Origin: Arcobacter sp.
GTDB taxonomy: Bacteria; Campylobacterota; Campylobacteria; Campylobacterales; Arcobacteraceae
Direction of reading: 5' to 3'
Assembly: GCA_965662175.1 (NCBI GenBank)
Contig: CBFIGT010000035.1
Span: 1-19,642 of the forward strand
DNA: 19,642 nucleotides
This document shows, piece after piece, positions 15,746 to 19,642 of this stretch. Below the pieces are notes generated by a model that was not told the origin of the DNA, made no database searches, and saw nothing but the letters and a program-made list of their open reading frames with translations. Positions within the stretch are counted from its first letter, which is position 1, and every line of letters starts with the position of its first letter. Position numbers and translations under genes: made by a program.

Positions 15746-17687
15746 TAATGCTTTCAACTCTTTTTTTAGCTACATCTAAGAATTCAAGTAACTTTTCTAA
15801 AGATTCATTCACATACTCCAAAGCTTCATCTTTATTTGAAGTTGCTATTCCATGAGTATAAATTGCAGAGTAAAAGTGGTATAGGGTTCCTTTTAAAACA
15901 GAACGTGTCAAATAACTTTTTCTTTTATAATCTGGCTTATTTACAAGTTCAAAAGTTTTAGCTATTAAAAAGAAAAGCTCTTTAAAGTTTTCTATCTTTT
16001 TACTTTTAATATCATTTTTAATTATTTCAATATTCTTATTTAATAAGTTAAGTTCACTTTTATACACTTCTTTTATCTCATCATGTAAATGTTCAAAATC
16101 ACTATCAAAAGCTGCATCAATAGCTTTTAACATCTTGTTTTTATCCAAAAACTTTTCTATTTTTATATTTTCCCCATGAAAAGGTGTAGCACCATCTATA
16201 TATAAGCCATCACTACAGTTAAAATAATTAATCTTTTTCTTTCTAATTAATTTATAATCTTTTATACAATTTTCTGCTCTTTGCATACACCATCTAAAAA
16301 TAGGCGTTGTTAAAAATTGCTCATTTTTATCAAAATTTCCAGGAAAAGTATCTTTTTCTAAATCTCTATTATTAAACTTAAGTGTTTCATAATAAACTGT
16401 ATCTTTTGAGTGATGGTTTTCTATATCTTTAAACCCCATATCAGTACCAAACATAAATATATTTTTAAAGCCGATGTCAGATAAAAATGATAAACTACCA
16501 TTTACAATTGTTGGATTACAATGGTTTAACTTTGGTACATCATCTGGCACAAGTGAAGAACCAGCATCATTTTCCCTAAAATACATTTTTGCACTTTTAA
16601 ACATATCATAAACTTCGTGATGAATTACACTTAACCCTATCATATTAATACTCTTTAAATACTCTTTAGAACCATAGTTTTTGATTATATCTACCATATG
16701 TGGAGGTCTCTCAATTTCCATATGAAAATCAGGTGTTATATCATTTTTATTTAAAACTCTTAAAGCAGTCCCACATGATATAAGAATCACTTTATCTTTA
16801 TGTTTTTTTATAAATTTCATATCATTATCTAAAGATGGACCAGAACCTACTAAAAATGCTGTTGAACTCTTTGGTAAATTACTTTTGTATCTATAAACAG
16901 GAAGTCTATCATTCAAGTTTTTTACCGTGTGTTCTAAACTAATAATTTCATCATCATAAAAACCTTGTCCTGTAAAGCCTAAGTTAATTTTTCCTAAAAA
17001 CTTTTCTTTAAAGTTATCAAAAAATTCTGATTTATAATGAGTATAAAAAGGTATAAGATAAAACTGATAAGAAAAATATTTAAATATAGTATTCAAAGCT
17101 GCATTTGCAATTTCTGTAGGATTCTTACCTATAGTAAAATATAGACCATAGCCCTCTTGTTTAAAATACATAAAAATAGGACGCCAATCCATAAGATGAA
17201 AACTTATTTTAAGCATCTCATAACTTTCGTCTACTATAAGTATCTCTTTTATTCCATTTGATTTTTTAATAAGTTTTTCTATATGATATCCAGCACCAAC
17301 TCCCATCATAAGCAAAAAAGGAAAAAACCCATCAAGGTTTTTATGATAATTCTCAAAATTTTTATTCTCTTTTAAATATGGGGAATTAGATTCTATATCT
17401 TTAATTAATTTATCATGACAGTAATCTTTTTCACTATCTCTTTTCCAAGTTGGTTTTTTAAAAAACATAGCTGGTTTATCTAAAAAGGCATTTACCTGTG
17501 CTTGTATTGATAAATCAACTTTTGCAGGATAAATATTCTTTCCTTTTATAGCTATATTATATTCACCTGATTGTGTAATATTTAATTCATAATCTTTTAT
17601 ATCTGCATTTAAAACACTATTATAAACCTCCGTCCAGCTTTTTTTTAAAAACTCCATATTATTTTGATAATTTTTTTCTAAATCCAT
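15735..17687 (-). CDS. maf: Motility-associated factor (Maf/DUF115) flagellin glycosyltransferase
   Basis: 650 aa; FLVGSGPSLD, ISCGTAL..L....ITPDF, GFKNIFMFGTDMGF, NCSDG.YI.G motifs; N-terminal GVGAGYHIE; located between flagellin and pseI. SD AAGGA 17697-17693. Confidence 0.9.
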   Translation of the reverse strand: MDLEKNYQNNMEFLKKSWTEVYNSVLNADIKDYELNITQSGEYNIAIKGKNIYPAKVDLSIQAQVNAFLDKPAMFFKKPTWKRDSEKDYCHDKLIKDIESNSPYLKENKNFENYHKNLDGFFPFLLMMGVGAGYHIEKLIKKSNGIKEILIVDESYEMLKISFHLMDWRPIFMYFKQEGYGLYFTIGKNPTEIANAALNTIFKYFSYQFYLIPFYTHYKSEFFDNFKEKFLGKINLGFTGQGFYDDEIISLEHTVKNLNDRLPVYRYKSNLPKSSTAFLVGSGPSLDNDMKFIKKHKDKVILISCGTALRVLNKNDITPDFHMEIERPPHMVDIIKNYGSKEYLKSINMIGLSVIHHEVYDMFKSAKMYFRENDAGSSLVPDDVPKLNHCNPTIVNGSLSFLSDIGFKNIFMFGTDMGFKDIENHHSKDTVYYETLKFNNRDLEKDTFPGNFDKNEQFLTTPIFRWCMQRAENCIKDYKLIRKKKINYFNCSDGLYIDGATPFHGENIKIEKFLDKNKMLKAIDAAFDSDFEHLHDEIKEVYKSELNLLNKNIEIIKNDIKSKKIENFKELFFLIAKTFELVNKPDYKRKSYLTRSVLKGTLYHFYSAIYTHGIATSNKDEALEYVNESLEKLLEFLDVAKKRVESIKIK

Positions 17688-17705
17688 ATTTTTCCTTTTT
17701 CTTTA

Positions 17706-17745
17706 ATTATACTAATTTATTACAATTCAAACAATCAATTATAAC
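17706..17745 (-). promoter_or_regulatory. Putative maf promoter(s)
   Basis: Two minus-strand TATAAT boxes (17711-17706 and 17743-17738) in the 58-bp gap upstream of maf. Confidence 0.4.
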
Positions 17746-18111
17746 TTAATCAAGTTCCAATATCTCATTTACAATCTTTTCAATACTTATATCCATTTCA
17801 GTTAAAATACTAACATTTATCTCTTGACCTATCAGTTTTACTGATTTATCTATTAACTCCTCTTTGTTATTTACCCATACCATAAGATTGTTATCTATTT
17901 GATACTTATCATAATGACAAATAAAGCTTCTAGTTGATATGGTAGGAGTACCTAAAAAACATGCCTCAGTATTAATTGTACCTCCTCCACCTATAAATAA
18001 ATTAGCAAACTTTAGTAGATGCTGTACTCTTACTTTCTCTTCAAGTATAATAGCAAATGGAAATTCATTTTTTAGATAGTCACTATTTCTAAAAATTAAT
18101 TGAACAATAAA
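17746..18111 (-). pseudogene. 5'-truncated DUF354-like (GT-B glycosyltransferase-like) gene remnant
   Basis: Not in the ORF track. Stop-to-stop open frame of 121 aa: FIVQLIFRNSDYLKNEFPFAIILEEKVRVQHLLKFANLFIGGGGTINTEACFLGTPTISTRSFICHYDKYQIDNNLMVWVNN...LELD*. LL..A.L.IG.GGT.N.EA..LGTP.IS is the GT-B C-terminal nucleotide-binding motif as seen in DUF354. No ATG/GTG/TTG start or SD before the motif. Confidence 0.8.
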
Positions 18112-18125
18112 TTAAGATACTTATT

Positions 18126-19154
18126 TTAATAAATATCCAATCTATCTCCAAACTCATAATCTTTTGTTGCTATTTTTCCTAAAAAATCTTTCAAATACTT
18201 AGGGTGCATACCATACCCAGGTCTTACACTTCTTATATTTTCTTCTGTAAAGACTTCACCTTTTTTAATATCTTTTGCCACATATAAACTTCTAGCAAAC
18301 TGTCTACTTTTTTTCTTTTTAGGAGACATACTATAATCTACTTTTCCAAGTAATTTTTCAGCATCCCTAACTGCTTTTATCATTTCTGAAAACTCTTGCT
18401 TATCCATAGAAAAATCAGCATCTGGGCCACCTATTGATTTATCAAGAATAAAGTGTTTTTCAATTACTTTAGCTCCTAAAGCTACTGCAGCGATGGGTGC
18501 TGTTGAACCAATTGTATGGTCTGAGAAGCCAGATATTACATTAAATGTTTCAGCTAAATTAGGAATAGTTTTTAAGTTTGCATCTTCTAGTGGTGCAGGA
18601 TAGGCACTTGTACATTTTAGTAATATTATATTGTTATTACCTACACTTCTACATATATCTACAGCATCTTGTATTTCATCAATGCTAGCAATTCCTGTAG
18701 ATATAATTACAGGTTTCATTTTAGAAGCAGTATATCTTATAAGTTCATAATCTGATATTTCAAATGAAGCAATTTTATATGCACTTGGATTAAATTGTTC
18801 TAGAAAATCAACTGCACTTTTATCAAAAGGAGTTGAAAATATATCAATACCAATCTTTCTTGCATATTCAAAAAGTTCTTTGTGCCATTCCCATGGAGTA
18901 CTAGCCCATTCATATAATTCATATAAACTTTTACCATCCCAAAGAGTTCCACCTTTTACAATAAAATCATCTTTTTTACAATTTAGGGTCATTGTTTCTG
19001 ATGTATAGGTTTGCAATTTTATACAATTAGCACCGATATCTTTTGCAGCTTTTATTGTGTCTAAGGCATTTTGTAAGTTACCATTATGATTAGCACTTAA
19101 TTCTGCAATTATATATGTCCCATCTTTTTTTAAATCAAAATTACCTATTTTCAT
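18126..19154 (-). CDS. pseI: Pseudaminic acid synthase (NeuB family)
   Basis: IIAELSANHNG, KLQTYT, GTLWDG.SLYELY..A.TPWEWH, YKIASFE, LLKCTSAYPAP, GFSDHT, IEKHF, C-terminal SAF domain (RSVRPG.G); the SANHNG and TPWEWH variants are PseI-type. Confidence 0.92.
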   Translation of the reverse strand: MKIGNFDLKKDGTYIIAELSANHNGNLQNALDTIKAAKDIGANCIKLQTYTSETMTLNCKKDDFIVKGGTLWDGKSLYELYEWASTPWEWHKELFEYARKIGIDIFSTPFDKSAVDFLEQFNPSAYKIASFEISDYELIRYTASKMKPVIISTGIASIDEIQDAVDICRSVGNNNIILLKCTSAYPAPLEDANLKTIPNLAETFNVISGFSDHTIGSTAPIAAVALGAKVIEKHFILDKSIGGPDADFSMDKQEFSEMIKAVRDAEKLLGKVDYSMSPKKKKSRQFARSLYVAKDIKKGEVFTEENIRSVRPGYGMHPKYLKDFLGKIATKDYEFGDRLDIY

Positions 19155-19641
19155 CTTTCACCTCTTCTATTTTTAGTACATACTTTTTTCCATCTTTATA
19201 AAAAAATGCAGGATAATTTTCATTATCTACTATTCTTAAAAGATTAAATTGTTCTTTGATAGTTTTATTTATATTTAGTTCACTATCTTTTTCTGTTCGT
19301 TTCTTATAAAAAGTTTCATCTCCATTTTGTTTTTTTGGTATTTTAAAACTCTCATAATGATTTAAAAACTCTAAACACATATCTATAGTATGAAATGCTT
19401 GTTTTTCTCTTAGTTCTTTATTTAACTCATCCCCATTTAGTACTAAATTTTTTTGCATATAAATATCACCATCATCTACGCCTATTCCAGCTTCAAGCAT
19501 AGTAAATGTAATAGTACTTTTTTCTTCAAGTATTTGCCAAAACATAGGGGCCCAACCTTTACCTAAAGGCAAAGCACTTTCATGAATTACGATATTATGT
19601 TGGTGTAAATCTAAATACTTCTTTTCAATTATTTTATGATA
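19141..19641 (-). CDS. Formyltransferase (Fmt-like sugar N-formyltransferase), partial; 5' end beyond the window
   Basis: Frame stays open to the window edge: YHKIIEKKYLDLHQHNIVIHESALPLGKGWAPMFWQILE...GVDDGDI...; H.S.LP...G..P and D.G.I are N10-formyl-THF formyltransferase motifs. Overlaps the pseI start by 14 nt. Confidence 0.85.
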   Translation of the reverse strand, partial: YHKIIEKKYLDLHQHNIVIHESALPLGKGWAPMFWQILEEKSTITFTMLEAGIGVDDGDIYMQKNLVLNGDELNKELREKQAFHTIDMCLEFLNHYESFKIPKKQNGDETFYKKRTEKDSELNINKTIKEQFNLLRIVDNENYPAFFYKDGKKYVLKIEEVKDENR

Positions 19642-19642
19642 A

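Noticed and set aside
19141..19641. Housekeeping methionyl-tRNA formyltransferase (fmt)
   Set aside because: C-terminal part is too short for the Fmt tRNA-binding domain and the gene is coupled to pseI.
15735..19642. Phase-variable poly-G/C tracts as in Campylobacter glycosylation genes
   Set aside because: No long G/C run seen; A/T runs are at background level for this AT-rich DNA.
1..19642. CRISPR arrays, IS/transposases, tRNA/rRNA, prophage or known defence systems
   Set aside because: No regularly spaced DNA repeats, transposase/integrase motifs or GC-rich structured RNA seen; the helicase has no neighbouring nuclease or DNA methylase suggesting defence.

Overview
AT-rich chromosomal segment from a Campylobacterota bacterium, most likely Arcobacteraceae (inferred from gene order, the epsilon-type HrcA and flagellin, and TGnTAnAAT promoters). 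Left to right: the 5' part of hrcA (missing from the ORF track) with a compact CIRCE / HAIR-like / CIRCE operator around a consensus sigma70 promoter; a stand-alone topoisomerase-C-terminal-repeat Zn-ribbon protein coupled to a YnfM-like MFS transporter; an orphan OmpR-type regulator; the block glmU-coaBC-uppS-prepilin peptidase-lptF/G-truA, headed by a 15-repeat ankyrin protein with a higher-order duplication; a SUV3-like helicase divergent from trmA across a palindromic, possibly bidirectional promoter. The right third is a flagellin glycosylation locus: a long 656-aa flagellin with an internally duplicated surface domain, convergent with a Maf glycosyltransferase, an unannotated 5'-truncated DUF354-like glycosyltransferase remnant, pseI and a partial sugar N-formyltransferase. 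No rRNA, tRNA, CRISPR array or IS element was recognised. All calls come from manual motif reading; no database searches were run.
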